This document shows positions 1-11,563 of a stretch of 54,795 bases of DNA, piece by piece. The translations under genes were made by a program, and so were the position numbers. The stretch comes from an uncultured Actinomycetes bacterium (lineage in GTDB: Bacteria; Actinomycetota; Acidimicrobiia; Acidimicrobiales; RAAP-2), in contig CAIKZX010000020.1 in NCBI GenBank assembly GCA_903832015.1, positions 1 through 54,795 on the forward strand, read 5' to 3'. Numbering within the stretch: position 1 is the first letter of the stretch; every line of letters begins with the position of its first letter. The notes below the pieces were generated by a model. That model saw only the letters and a program-made list of their open reading frames with translations. It ran no database searches and was not told the origin of the DNA.

Positions 1-2
1 AG

Positions 3-60
3 TAATCAACAATCCACAGGCCTACTACTACTTAGTTCCTTATATAAATCAAATCAACAG
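3..60 (+). promoter_or_regulatory. oriC: 3' end of oriC: DnaA-box-like pair, GC motif, DnaA-trios and AT-rich tract (basal unwinding system)
   Basis: Directly upstream of dnaN: TAATCAACA (3-11) overlaps CAATCCACA (10-18), followed by GGCC (19-22), CTACTACTACT (22-32; TAG repeats on the minus strand) and AT-rich TTATATAAATCAAAT. Same order as the B. subtilis oriC unwinding region. Confidence 0.75.
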
Positions 61-91
61 TTACTACTGCAGTCCGTAAGAAAGGCAAAGT

Positions 92-1189
92 ATGAAATTT
101 AAATCTGAAAGAGACACTCTGGCGGAAGCCCTTAGCGCAGCCGGTCGCGCCGTCTCGAGTCGTATCCTGGGGGCCCCTTCTGGGATCCTCCTTGATCTTC
201 AAGGAAACCAACTCACCGTAACGGGCACTGACACCGACTTGACCGTTCGAACCACTTTCATGGTGGTTGGTTCAGAAGACGGCTCAGTGGTTGTACCCGC
301 TCGTTTAATTGGTGAGGTGGTTCGGTCCCTCGAGTCCGGAGCTGTTTCTGTACACACCCAAGGAGAGAACCTCGAGATTGAGTTAAATAACGCTCGGTTT
401 AACCTTCGGACCTTCCCTGTTACGGATTATCCAAAGATCTCCCCGGTAACTGGGTCGATTGTCGAAATCCCAGCCCCCGATCTAGCTAATGGCCTCGCCC
501 AAGTCCTACGCGCGGCGGCGACGGATGATGCCCGACCACTCCTAAATGGCGTGTTGCTTACTTCGGAAAACAACAACCTCCGTTTAATCGCGACCGACTC
601 ATACCGATTAGCGGTTAGGGACATGCCAGGTATTCCAGCTCTTAACTCCACCAAAGATCTACTAGTGCCCGCACGAGCCTTAAGTGAGTTACAGCGCGCC
701 ACCGCAAATTTGGCCGAAGACGGAACCATTGGTGTGGCGGTTACCGACTCAGAAATTTCTTTTGTTGTGGGGGAGACCTCTATCGCGTCTCGCCTTATTG
801 ACGGAAACTACCCTTCAGTTCTACAGATCATCCCAACGAGTTTTCCGAACCAACTCCGAATTGCTAAAGACACCTTGCTTAGTTCACTACGGCGGGCGAA
901 ATTGATGGCAAAGGACGCCAAGTCATCGGTTCGGTTGACCTTGAAGGAACTCACTTTAGAAATCCGCACTCAGAGCCAGGACTCCGGGGATGCCGAAGAC
1001 AAAATTCAAGCAGACTTCGCCGGTGAAGAAATCACCATTGCGTTCAACCCACAATTTTTAATTGAAGGAGTCGAGGCGGTCGTTGGTGACGAAGTCGTGC
1101 TAGATATTTCTGATTCAGTTAGACCAGCGCTAATCCACGGCGTTGATGATCTGAAGTTTAAGTATCTACTGATGCCTGTTCGCATCTAA
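92..1189 (+). CDS. dnaN: DNA polymerase III beta sliding clamp
   Basis: 365 aa; ATDSYRLA, IDGNYP, IAFNPQFL and C-terminal YLLMPVR motifs; SD AAAGG upstream; sits before recF and gyrB. Confidence 0.97.
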   Translation: MKFKSERDTLAEALSAAGRAVSSRILGAPSGILLDLQGNQLTVTGTDTDLTVRTTFMVVGSEDGSVVVPARLIGEVVRSLESGAVSVHTQGENLEIELNNARFNLRTFPVTDYPKISPVTGSIVEIPAPDLANGLAQVLRAAATDDARPLLNGVLLTSENNNLRLIATDSYRLAVRDMPGIPALNSTKDLLVPARALSELQRATANLAEDGTIGVAVTDSEISFVVGETSIASRLIDGNYPSVLQIIPTSFPNQLRIAKDTLLSSLRRAKLMAKDAKSSVRLTLKELTLEIRTQSQDSGDAEDKIQADFAGEEITIAFNPQFLIEGVEAVVGDEVVLDISDSVRPALIHGVDDLKFKYLLMPVRI

Positions 1190-1202
1190 GTAAAGGGACT
1201 CC

Positions 1203-2282
1203 GTGGGGTTACAAGAACTCACAGTTCGCAACTTCAGAATTTTTAAAGAGTTTTCCTTTTCGCCAGACCCTAACGCGGTGACGGTTTTTATGTCCCCTAA
1301 CGGCACGGGAAAAACATCAATTTTAGAGGCCGTGTACAGCCTGGGCACACTTAACTCTTTTCGCACCAACAACGCAAGCAATCTGATTCACACCGGCGAA
1401 ACCTTGGCTGAGGTACACAGCGTAATTTTTCAGCAAGAGCGCCGCTTGCAGGTGGACCTAACCATCACCAAACACGAACACCGAACGACAAAACAAATGC
1501 TCGTGAATGGAAAAAGACCCAGCTCTAGGGCCCTGTTAGCCGAACTAATGCCAATAACCATTTTCACCCCAGAGGGTGTCGAAATTATTCGAGAGCGACC
1601 GGAACACCGGCGTCAATTCCTCGACATTCTGATTGGCGACGTTTCACCAAAAAACGAAGAGGTTATCGCCACCTATACCAAGGTGGTCCGACAAAGAAAC
1701 GCCCTTTTAAAGTCCTTAGAGAAACAGCCACCCTCACCAACCAGTCGGTCCGAACTACAAATTTGGACCAAGCAATTTGTTGAAGAGGCAGAGAAGCTAA
1801 ACACCCTCCGCCACGACATAGTGAACCAACTAGGCCCACTAACACAAGAAAAATATAAACAAATATCCCAACAAAATGACGTGATTGAGTTAAGGCTCCA
1901 TCAATCTTGGTCGGGCGATCTCGCTACCGCCCTTGAGGCCGAGTTTATGCACGAGCTGTATCGGGGCTCAACGGTCCTGGGGCCACACCACGATGATTTA
2001 CTAATAGAGCTGAATGGAAGGGACTCACGCCATCAAGCTTCTCAAGGTGAGCAAAGGACCCTCGCACTAGCGCTGCGACTAGCGGGACACGAGCTAGTCA
2101 GAACAACACGGGGGCTTGATCCACTACTCCTATTAGACGACGTGTTCAGTGAACTAGACCCCTATCGCAGCAACAAGCTCCTTGAATTACTCCCTAAAGG
2201 ACAAACACTCGTCACAACCGCTTCACCATTACCATCAGGCATGGAGCCAGCTGTGGTTATTGATCTAACGAAGGGTCGCTAA
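1203..2282 (+). CDS. recF: DNA replication/repair protein RecF
   Basis: NFR at the N-terminus, Walker A SPNGTGKT, GPHHDDL, SQGEQR, LLLDDVFSELD; synteny. Confidence 0.95.
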   Translation: MGLQELTVRNFRIFKEFSFSPDPNAVTVFMSPNGTGKTSILEAVYSLGTLNSFRTNNASNLIHTGETLAEVHSVIFQQERRLQVDLTITKHEHRTTKQMLVNGKRPSSRALLAELMPITIFTPEGVEIIRERPEHRRQFLDILIGDVSPKNEEVIATYTKVVRQRNALLKSLEKQPPSPTSRSELQIWTKQFVEEAEKLNTLRHDIVNQLGPLTQEKYKQISQQNDVIELRLHQSWSGDLATALEAEFMHELYRGSTVLGPHHDDLLIELNGRDSRHQASQGEQRTLALALRLAGHELVRTTRGLDPLLLLDDVFSELDPYRSNKLLELLPKGQTLVTTASPLPSGMEPAVVIDLTKGR

Positions 2283-2587
2283 TGGCTAAACGAGATGAAC
2301 GAATTGTGCCCCTAGGTGAGTTATTGGGAGTACTAGCAAGTCGATTAAAAAAAGTCGATCTGCGAATTATCGATGACATCCAAGCGTTGTGGCCCACCAT
2401 CGTTGACCCGGTACTCGCTGGTCGTTGCCAACCAGAAATGATTAAAGACGGGGTGTTAATCGTGCGAGTGCCATCCGGAGCGTTTGCCCAACGAGTGATT
2501 AGCGATTCACCAGTAATTTTGAAAGGATTTTCAGTTTTAGGCAGCAAGGCGCCGGTTTCAATTAAAACGCGTATTTCTGAGTCTTAA
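2282..2587 (+). CDS. DUF721/DciA-family protein
   Basis: 101 aa between recF and gyrB; W..IV....A..C.P.....G.L.V.V.S...A pattern; start overlaps the recF stop. Confidence 0.8.
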   Translation: MAKRDERIVPLGELLGVLASRLKKVDLRIIDDIQALWPTIVDPVLAGRCQPEMIKDGVLIVRVPSGAFAQRVISDSPVILKGFSVLGSKAPVSIKTRISES

Positions 2588-2656
2588 AAGCCCAATTAAG
2601 GGCCTTTGGGTCCCAGAAAATAACTGCGGTCGGGTAGAATGACTGCAGAAACTTAA

Positions 2657-4630
<1,974 letters not shown>

Positions 4631-4643
4631 AAAGCTATCTATT

Positions 4644-4800
4644 ATGGCCACTCCGAAAAAACCAACCAAAGCAACGCCAAAGAAGGCGGCGGCACCAGCG
4701 AAAAAGGCGGCGCCCGCTAAGAAAGCTGCGCCCGCGGCAAAATCCCCTGCGCCAACCAAGAAGGCAGTGGCCAAAGTCGCTGCTGGTGGAGCAAAGCCAC
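4644..4800 (+). repeat. Low-complexity PAKK/AAPAKK coding repeats (histone H1-like) at the GyrA N-terminus
   Basis: Translation TPKKPTKATPKKAAAPAKKAAPAKKAAPAAKSPAPTKK; codons differ between repeats. Confidence 0.8.
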
Positions 4801-7253
4801 CCGTTCTTCCACCCGATGCCGGTGAGGTCGAGGGCTACATTGAACCGATTGAAATCAACCTGGAGATGGAACGTTCGTTTCTTGAGTACTCCATGTCGGT
4901 CATTGTTTCTCGCGCGCTCCCTGATGTGCGCGATGGTCTAAAGCCGGTTCACCGCAGAATTCTGTACTCGATGTTTGACCAGGGCCTTCGCCCCGACCGC
5001 CCGCACACCAAGTGCGCCAAGGTGGTTGGAGAAGTGATGGGTACCTATCACCCCCACGGTGACAGCGCTATCTACGACGCCATGGTCCGCATGGTGGTGG
5101 ACTTTTCGATGCGACACCCACTCATTAGTGGCCACGGAAACTTTGGTGGAACGGGACCAGACGAGGGTGCCGCCGCTATGCGATACACCGAGTGTCGCCT
5201 TGCGCCCCTCGCGCTCGAAATGCTCGATTCAATTGACGAAGAAACAGTTGACTTTCAGCCGAACTACGACAACTCAACCCAAGAACCAATTGTCTTACCT
5301 TCACGCTTTCCCAACCTGTTGGTTAACGGATCGCAAGGTATCGCCGTTGGTATGGCTACCAAGATTCCGCCCCACAACCTCGGTGAGGTGAGTGATGCGG
5401 TCTTGCACCTCCTCGCTAACCCGAAGGCCAATGATGACGAGCTAATGAAGTTTGTCAAGGGGCCAGACTTCCCAACGGGCGCACAGATTCTCGGACGTCA
5501 GGGAATTCAAGACGCCTATAAGACGGGTAAGGGTTCAATCAAACTTCGCGCCGTGGCCGAAATTGAAGAGGGGACTCGCGACACCCGCATTGTGGTCAGC
5601 CAATTCCCCTACGAAGTTTCGGTGGAGTCGATCGAGCAGAAGATCTCAGACCTCGTGGACGCGAAGGAAATTGAGGGTATCGCCGCGGTTCAAAACGACT
5701 CCGCGGGACGCCAGCCACGTTTGGTTATTCGACTGAAGCGTGACGCCAATGCGAATGTAGTCCTTAACAAGCTCTACAAGAACACCTCACTCCAAACAAC
5801 CTTCTCGGTGAACCTCCTTGCGCTTGTTGATGGCGTGCCGCGCACATTGACTTTGTCACAGGCCCTCGGTCACTACATCGATCACCAGGTTGATGTAATT
5901 ACCCGTCGCAGCCAATTCCGTCTACGCAAAGCTGAAGCTCGCGCTCACATCGTTGAGGGCCTCCTTAAGGCCATTGACATGTTGGACGCAATCATTAAGA
6001 CGATTCGTGCCGCCGCTGATCGATCAGCGGCTCGCGACGCGTTGATGAAGGCGCCCTTTAAGTTCTCGGAAGAGCAGGCCAACCACATCTTGGACATGAC
6101 CCTTGGTCGCCTCACCAAGATTGGTCGCATTGAGCTTGAAGAAGAGATGAAAAAACTTCGTGAGACCATTGCCGAGCTCACCGCTATTTTGAAGTCGGAC
6201 ACCCGCCTACGAGGAGTTATCTCAGAGGAACTAACGGCAGTCCGCAACAAATACGCCAACGAGCGACTCACACAAATCATCAACGACCCCGGCGAACTGG
6301 GTGTTGAGGACTTGATTCAAGACGAACAAATTGTGGTGACTATAACCAAGTCTGGTTATGTCAAGGCCATGGTGGCAGACACCTTCCGAGTCCAGGCTCG
6401 TGGTGGTCGTGGGGTCAAGGGAGCGAAGTTGAAAGATGACGACTTCGTAGACCAAATTATCCACACGAGTAGCCACGCCTACTTATTACTCTTCTCAAAC
6501 CAAGGTCGCGTGTTCCGACTGCGTGGTCACGAATTCCCAATGAAGGAGCGCACCGCGAAGGGAACCTCTATCGTCAATCTTTTGAGTTTGCACCCCGGAG
6601 AGTCAATTCAGGCCGTGGTAACAACCGAGGATTTCCCGAAGGACAAATTCTTGGTGTTCGTCACTAAAAACGGAACTATCAAAAAGACTGCCTTCTCGGA
6701 ATACGACAAGAGTCGTCGTGAGGGTTGGATCGCTATCAACCTGCGCGATGGTGATGAAGTGGTTCGCGTAGTGGCCACTAGTGGCAAAGACGAGATCATG
6801 ATCGTTACCTACCGCGGCCAAGGAATTCGATTCAACGAGGCTGATGTTCGCAACATGGGTCGGGACTCGACTGGTGTTCGAGGCATCAACCTAAAGACCG
6901 GAGACCACGCGATCTCGCTCGATGTTGTTCGAAAGGGAGCCGACCTCTTCGTGGTTACGGACGCTGGATTCGGAAAACGGGTGGAGGTTGAAAAATTCAG
7001 CGTCCAGGGTCGAGGTGGCCAAGGTGTTCGCGCCGTGAAGATAACCGCGACCCGTGGCTTTGTGGTGGCCGCAATGATGGCCGCACCATCGGACGAAGTT
7101 CTAGTGGCCTCCAGCAACGGGGTGATGATCCGTACCGCAATGTCGGAGATATCAATTCAGGGCCGCGACGCGAGTGGTGTTCGAGTGATGAACCTTGACA
7201 AGGACTCGTCGATCGCTACCGCAGCGGTAGTGCCAACTTTCGTCGAGGACTAG
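4644..7253 (+). CDS. gyrA: DNA gyrase subunit A with Lys/Ala/Pro-rich N-terminal extension
   Basis: RALPDVRDGLKPVHRR, YHPHGDSAIY, catalytic AAMRYTE, GyrA-box QARGGRG, beta-pinwheel repeats. Confidence 0.97.
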   Translation: MATPKKPTKATPKKAAAPAKKAAPAKKAAPAAKSPAPTKKAVAKVAAGGAKPPVLPPDAGEVEGYIEPIEINLEMERSFLEYSMSVIVSRALPDVRDGLKPVHRRILYSMFDQGLRPDRPHTKCAKVVGEVMGTYHPHGDSAIYDAMVRMVVDFSMRHPLISGHGNFGGTGPDEGAAAMRYTECRLAPLALEMLDSIDEETVDFQPNYDNSTQEPIVLPSRFPNLLVNGSQGIAVGMATKIPPHNLGEVSDAVLHLLANPKANDDELMKFVKGPDFPTGAQILGRQGIQDAYKTGKGSIKLRAVAEIEEGTRDTRIVVSQFPYEVSVESIEQKISDLVDAKEIEGIAAVQNDSAGRQPRLVIRLKRDANANVVLNKLYKNTSLQTTFSVNLLALVDGVPRTLTLSQALGHYIDHQVDVITRRSQFRLRKAEARAHIVEGLLKAIDMLDAIIKTIRAAADRSAARDALMKAPFKFSEEQANHILDMTLGRLTKIGRIELEEEMKKLRETIAELTAILKSDTRLRGVISEELTAVRNKYANERLTQIINDPGELGVEDLIQDEQIVVTITKSGYVKAMVADTFRVQARGGRGVKGAKLKDDDFVDQIIHTSSHAYLLLFSNQGRVFRLRGHEFPMKERTAKGTSIVNLLSLHPGESIQAVVTTEDFPKDKFLVFVTKNGTIKKTAFSEYDKSRREGWIAINLRDGDEVVRVVATSGKDEIMIVTYRGQGIRFNEADVRNMGRDSTGVRGINLKTGDHAISLDVVRKGADLFVVTDAGFGKRVEVEKFSVQGRGGQGVRAVKITATRGFVVAAMMAAPSDEVLVASSNGVMIRTAMSEISIQGRDASGVRVMNLDKDSSIATAAVVPTFVED

Positions 7254-7897
7254 ACAGTTCTTTCGGCCCAGGTTTGTTCTAGGGCGCGAGCGTAACCGTC
7301 AACACCCTGTGCGCCAACAACTAAATACTTGCCGTCAAACACCATGGCGGGAACACCGTTGACGCCATAACTCTTAGCGGTGGCCTCGTCGGTACGAACC
7401 TGTTCAACGAAGAGGTCGCTCTCCCACAGCTGGTCAACGTCCGTGATACCAACCTCGTGGGCTAATTCGTTGAGGACGTTTCGGTCACTGATGAGTCTGC
7501 CCTCGGAGAAATAGGCCTGGAAGAGCCTCTCGACCATCGTGGACTCCACCCCTTGGCTGTGCGCTAAAGCAATGAGGCGATGAGCGTCAAAAGTGTTGGC
7601 GACTTTTGCAATACCCAAGGACCAGTGCATGCCCAGTTCGGCCGCTTTGTTCTCTAGGTCACGGTGCATTGACTGGGCTTGCTCAACACTCATCTGGTAT
7701 TTGGCCGCGAGCATGGCGTCGAGAGAAAGCTCGGGTTCGTGGACAGTGGTGGGGTCGAGTTCAAAGGCGTGAGTGCGCACCTCAACGTGCTCGGCGTGAG
7801 CAAATGACGAGAGGGCCTGAGAGAGTTGAGCGCTGCCTAGATAACAAAAGGGGCACACCACATCACTCCAAATGTCGATAACCATTGGTGTTGTCAC
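7250..7897 (-). CDS. DsbA/FrnE-family dithiol oxidoreductase
   Basis: IDIWSDVVCPFCY CxxC motif, NTFDAHRL, GVNGVP cis-Pro loop, GAQ. Confidence 0.9.
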   Translation of the reverse strand: MTTPMVIDIWSDVVCPFCYLGSAQLSQALSSFAHAEHVEVRTHAFELDPTTVHEPELSLDAMLAAKYQMSVEQAQSMHRDLENKAAELGMHWSLGIAKVANTFDAHRLIALAHSQGVESTMVERLFQAYFSEGRLISDRNVLNELAHEVGITDVDQLWESDLFVEQVRTDEATAKSYGVNGVPAMVFDGKYLVVGAQGVDGYARALEQTWAERTV

Positions 7898-8015
7898 CTA
7901 CCTATCGTGCCACGCCGGCGGGGGATATCGAGTGGCTTTTGGTGAGCTTGCCCACTTTGCGTGTTCAAACGGCGAGGCCTATCAGCGGTCGGTCAAAATC
8001 ATCTATCGTTGTTCG

Positions 8016-8063
8016 GTGACTCCTTACTTCCCATTACTGGCCTGTAGGGAGGTATTGAAATGA
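8016..8063 (+). promoter_or_regulatory. Putative leaderless 15-codon uORF (MTPYFPLLACREVLK) with SD-sequestering hairpin ahead of the ABC-F gene
   Basis: TATCGT -10 at 8004-8009, 6 nt before GTG 8016; stop overlaps the ABC-F start (ATGA 8060-8063); TACTTCCC (8025-8032) can pair with GGGAGGTA (8047-8054), which contains the SD. Confidence 0.45.
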
Positions 8064-9658
8064 TTATTGTTCAAGAACTCGAAATTGAGATTGGTGCCCG
8101 TCGCCTGCTCGCACCCGTGTCCTTTACCGTTGGTAACGGCGACAAGGTCGGCCTCGTCGGGCGCAATGGTGCCGGCAAGTCGACCCTCCTTTCTGTTCTC
8201 CTCGGAAAACACCCAGAACACTTACGCATCGGCGGCACCGTCAAACACCAAGGAACCCTTGGCCACCTTCCGCAAGAACCGGTGCCCGGCGGATTAGGGG
8301 TCGAACCTATTGGGTTTTCCCACGTTCTGAGCGCGCGCGGCCTAGACCTTATTGATGCGCAGATGCAAAAGGCGCGTCAGGATATGGCTGAGGATCCCAA
8401 TGAACAAAACATCTCAGATTTCACTTCACTAGAAGAGCAGTTCCGCGAAAAGGGCGGCTACGAAGCGGAGTCCGAGGTTGCACGTTTGGCCGCGGGACTG
8501 GGGCTCCAAGAGGAGTTTCTCCTCGAAGATCTCGATTCGCTTTCAGGTGGGCAGCGCCGCCGCATTGACCTTATGCGAGTGCTCTATCAAGACCCCGAAA
8601 CAATGGTCCTCGACGAACCGACTAACCACTTAGACAAAGCAGCAAAGCGCTGGTTATTCGACGAGCTCGACAAATATCGCGGAACCCTCTTGGTGATTAG
8701 TCACGACCTGCCACTACTTGACAAGTCAATTGACCGGGTCTTGGCACTTCGCGAAGGTCAGCTCCGTGAGTACAAGGGCAACTACTCCAAGTTTTTGCAA
8801 CTTGAAGAGGAGCGAACTATCCGCGAAGAGAAGGTCGCGGCGGGGCAAGAGGCCAAGATTGAGCAGTTCACCAAACTGGCTGACTCGATGCGCGGACAAA
8901 CCGCAACTCGTGCTCGCCTGGCCAAGGTGCTGGACCGAAAAGTTGAGAAGCTAGAAGATTCAAAAATTGAGGTCACCAAGCGTGAAAAGAAGGTGTCTTT
9001 CCGACTACCCGTCCCCGCTCGCAGCGGTGACGTGCCGATGACTGTTGAGCACATTTCCGTCACCTACGACACAACCCCAATTTTGAAGGACACAAACTTC
9101 ATCACTCGTCGAGGGGACCGGATTGTGATTGTTGGGCGAAATGGTGCTGGTAAATCTTCACTGCTGCGGTGTCTCGCCGGTACCCAAGTGGCCAACACGG
9201 GCGAGGTTAAGTTTGGGGCGAATGTAGTTGTGGGTTATTTTGCGCAGGAAAACGAGCAGATTGACTTCGACAAGTCGGTGCTCGGAAACCTAGATAACTC
9301 CAAGGTTGAGACAGAAATGCAGCGCCGCGCGATGCTGGGCGCCTTCGGCCTTAAGGGTGAAGCGGCCAATCAGATGCCCCGAACTCTGTCGGGTGGCGAA
9401 CGCGCCAAACTGGCTTTGGCCATGCTGGCCTCGTCAGAAGCGAACCTCCTGCTCTTGGACGAACCGACCAACAACCTGGACCCCGCCAGCGTGGAAGCGC
9501 TCGGTGAGATGATGCGTCAGTGGAAGGGAACCATCGTGGCGGTGAGCCACGAACGAGGATTCGTCGAGGCCCTAGAACCGACTCACGCAGTGCTCCTCCC
9601 AGAGGAATACTTTGATATCTGGGATGAGGGCTACATGGACCTCATCGAACAACGATAG
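8060..9658 (+). CDS. ABC-F family ribosome-associated ATPase
   Basis: Two ABC domains (GRNGAGKS twice, LSGG twice, LDEPTN twice), helical linker, no TM segments. Confidence 0.93.
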   Translation: MIIVQELEIEIGARRLLAPVSFTVGNGDKVGLVGRNGAGKSTLLSVLLGKHPEHLRIGGTVKHQGTLGHLPQEPVPGGLGVEPIGFSHVLSARGLDLIDAQMQKARQDMAEDPNEQNISDFTSLEEQFREKGGYEAESEVARLAAGLGLQEEFLLEDLDSLSGGQRRRIDLMRVLYQDPETMVLDEPTNHLDKAAKRWLFDELDKYRGTLLVISHDLPLLDKSIDRVLALREGQLREYKGNYSKFLQLEEERTIREEKVAAGQEAKIEQFTKLADSMRGQTATRARLAKVLDRKVEKLEDSKIEVTKREKKVSFRLPVPARSGDVPMTVEHISVTYDTTPILKDTNFITRRGDRIVIVGRNGAGKSSLLRCLAGTQVANTGEVKFGANVVVGYFAQENEQIDFDKSVLGNLDNSKVETEMQRRAMLGAFGLKGEAANQMPRTLSGGERAKLALAMLASSEANLLLLDEPTNNLDPASVEALGEMMRQWKGTIVAVSHERGFVEALEPTHAVLLPEEYFDIWDEGYMDLIEQR

Positions 9659-9726
9659 AGGCCGATCAGGCACCCGTACGTAATTGATTTTCATCTAAGG
9701 TGAAGTTCACGTTGCGAAAGGTTGCC

Positions 9727-10638
9727 GTGTCTGAGTTACTTCGAATTTCAAAAGAGCATCACGTCTTCCACTTCGACGCGAACGCCGAACCGGTTGTGGT
9801 TGTAGATCCCGGCACCACCTTCGAGATTCAAACGTGGGACTGCTACACCGGTCAGGTCACTAGCGAAGCTGATACTCACCGCACCATTAATAACGATTTG
9901 ATTAATTCGGCCACGGGCCCAATCGGGATTCGAGGTGCCGAGCCCGGGGACTCGCTGTCGGTAACCATTCTCGACATTCAGCCCGAGGAGGTTGGTTCTG
10001 CCATGTGCCAGCCCGAATGGGGCCAACTTGGACACCACGTCAAGGACACCACTCGGATGTTCAAGGTTAAAGACGGCATCGTGACAATGAATGACCGAGT
10101 GTCCTTCCCCTCCTCACCGATGTTTGGGGTTATTGGTGTTTCACCCAACGCCGGTTCAATTTCAACGATGCCTGCCGGACAGCATGGCGGAAACATGGAT
10201 AACAACCTGCACGGCATTGGCGCCACTATTCATCTACCGGTAGTCCAACCGGGCGCACAATTAGGCATCGGAGACATGCACGCATCAATGGGCGATGGCG
10301 AGATCTGCGGCACCGGAGTGGAGATCGGCGGCATTGGCACCATCAGGGTGGATTTAATTAAGGGCAAACACGGAAATTGGCCCGTCACCGAGACTGCGGA
10401 TTCGATTATCACCCACGGCACCGCTGAAGACATCAACGAAGCGATGAGCATCGCCTGTGAAGAGGCCTACCGCTTGTTGGTTGACGAGTGGAGTTTCACC
10501 CCGGAGGACGCTTTTATCTATCTGTCGGTCGCTGGCGACCTCGGTGTGGCGCAGAACGTACACCCGTGCCCGGGCACTGTTATCGCCAAAATGAAATTCA
10601 AGAAAATTGCGGCGGTGCCCCGACCCTTCCGGCTCTAG
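9727..10638 (+). CDS. Acetamidase/formamidase family protein
   Basis: TGPIGIRGAEPGD, HGGNMD, GDMHASMGDGE motifs; start GTG 9727 after SD AAAGG. Confidence 0.9.
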   Translation: MSELLRISKEHHVFHFDANAEPVVVVDPGTTFEIQTWDCYTGQVTSEADTHRTINNDLINSATGPIGIRGAEPGDSLSVTILDIQPEEVGSAMCQPEWGQLGHHVKDTTRMFKVKDGIVTMNDRVSFPSSPMFGVIGVSPNAGSISTMPAGQHGGNMDNNLHGIGATIHLPVVQPGAQLGIGDMHASMGDGEICGTGVEIGGIGTIRVDLIKGKHGNWPVTETADSIITHGTAEDINEAMSIACEEAYRLLVDEWSFTPEDAFIYLSVAGDLGVAQNVHPCPGTVIAKMKFKKIAAVPRPFRL

Positions 10639-10666
10639 GCCGGTTGAGCCGAACAATTTAACGGTG

Positions 10667-11428
10667 TTAGTGAGGCGCTGACTGGGAGGCCAGTACGGCC
10701 GCGAAAACCTGCCAGGCCAAAACGGACTTCGCAATAAAGCTCAACCAAATGTAGAGGCGCTCACCGGCGAGGTAGTCCTTGAATCGACCAACCTGCTTGT
10801 ACTGCAACCACTGAACAAGGGCGAAGCAGTTAAAGAGAGCAAAGAGTGAGAAGTAGATACCGTAAACAAATCCGGGCGCGTGATTCTCAGCGCCGGGGGA
10901 GAAAAGGTAAATCCCAATAGCGATCCACGGAAAAGCCCCTGCGATGCAACCCAGCCAGAATGGCTGCAGCGACCCACCGGGCTTTTCGTAACGCTCCTGC
11001 ATCCAGCCAAATCCAATCATCGAGGCGTTAACGCCCACCAGGCCAAGGAGTGCGGCTATATCGCCAACGCCAGTGATTTGGGCAATTGCGAAGATCATGA
11101 TTGATGAAGAGATGGAGTATTCCAACCAACGGTAGGGGTTGCGGGACTTCGCAAGGTTGTTGAGATAGGACTGCTGCTTGGGGAAGGCGACTAGGAAGTG
11201 GAAAAGCGAAGACAATAGGAAAAAGACGCCCACGAGCAGGGCGGTCGAGATTGAGCCGAATTTCACCATCTGAAATTTGCTGGTGCCCGGAGGCCCCGCC
11301 ATGTAACGAGCAAAGACGGGTAGGGCAAAATTATTAGCGAGGGCAAAGATGGCAATAGCGGAAGCTAGGTGAAGAGCCCCCGCTCCGCTATTCAATTTTT
11401 GTAAACGCTTGGCTTGTTCGATTGGCAT
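10667..11428 (-). CDS. Heliorhodopsin
   Basis: NPYRWLEYSISSSIM (counterion Glu), retinal-binding Lys in SFIAKSVLAWQ, His in TM1 (ALHL) and TM2 (LFHF), 7 TMs. The sequence puts it on the minus strand (CAT at 11426-11428, TTA at 10667-10669) whatever the track label says. Confidence 0.93.
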   Translation of the reverse strand: MPIEQAKRLQKLNSGAGALHLASAIAIFALANNFALPVFARYMAGPPGTSKFQMVKFGSISTALLVGVFFLLSSLFHFLVAFPKQQSYLNNLAKSRNPYRWLEYSISSSIMIFAIAQITGVGDIAALLGLVGVNASMIGFGWMQERYEKPGGSLQPFWLGCIAGAFPWIAIGIYLFSPGAENHAPGFVYGIYFSLFALFNCFALVQWLQYKQVGRFKDYLAGERLYIWLSFIAKSVLAWQVFAAVLASQSAPH

Positions 11429-11563
11429 TGGAACGGTCCTTCACTAAGGGGCTCGAGGACTCATTGCCCACCATAAGTCTCCCACACGAGGGATTTATGA
11501 GTAGTAATTATGAGGGTGAATAATCACTCGCAAGGAACGGCGCTCAGTAAGTAAACCCAGTCT

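Noticed and set aside
10667-11428. ORF-track strand label for the heliorhodopsin
   Set aside because: The sequence has CAT at 11426-11428 and TTA at 10667-10669, so the protein is encoded on the minus strand.
11495-11530. TTATGAG direct repeat and GTGA-ATAA-TCAC dyad upstream of HeR as a light-responsive operator
   Set aside because: Too short and degenerate to distinguish from chance in AT-rich intergenic DNA.
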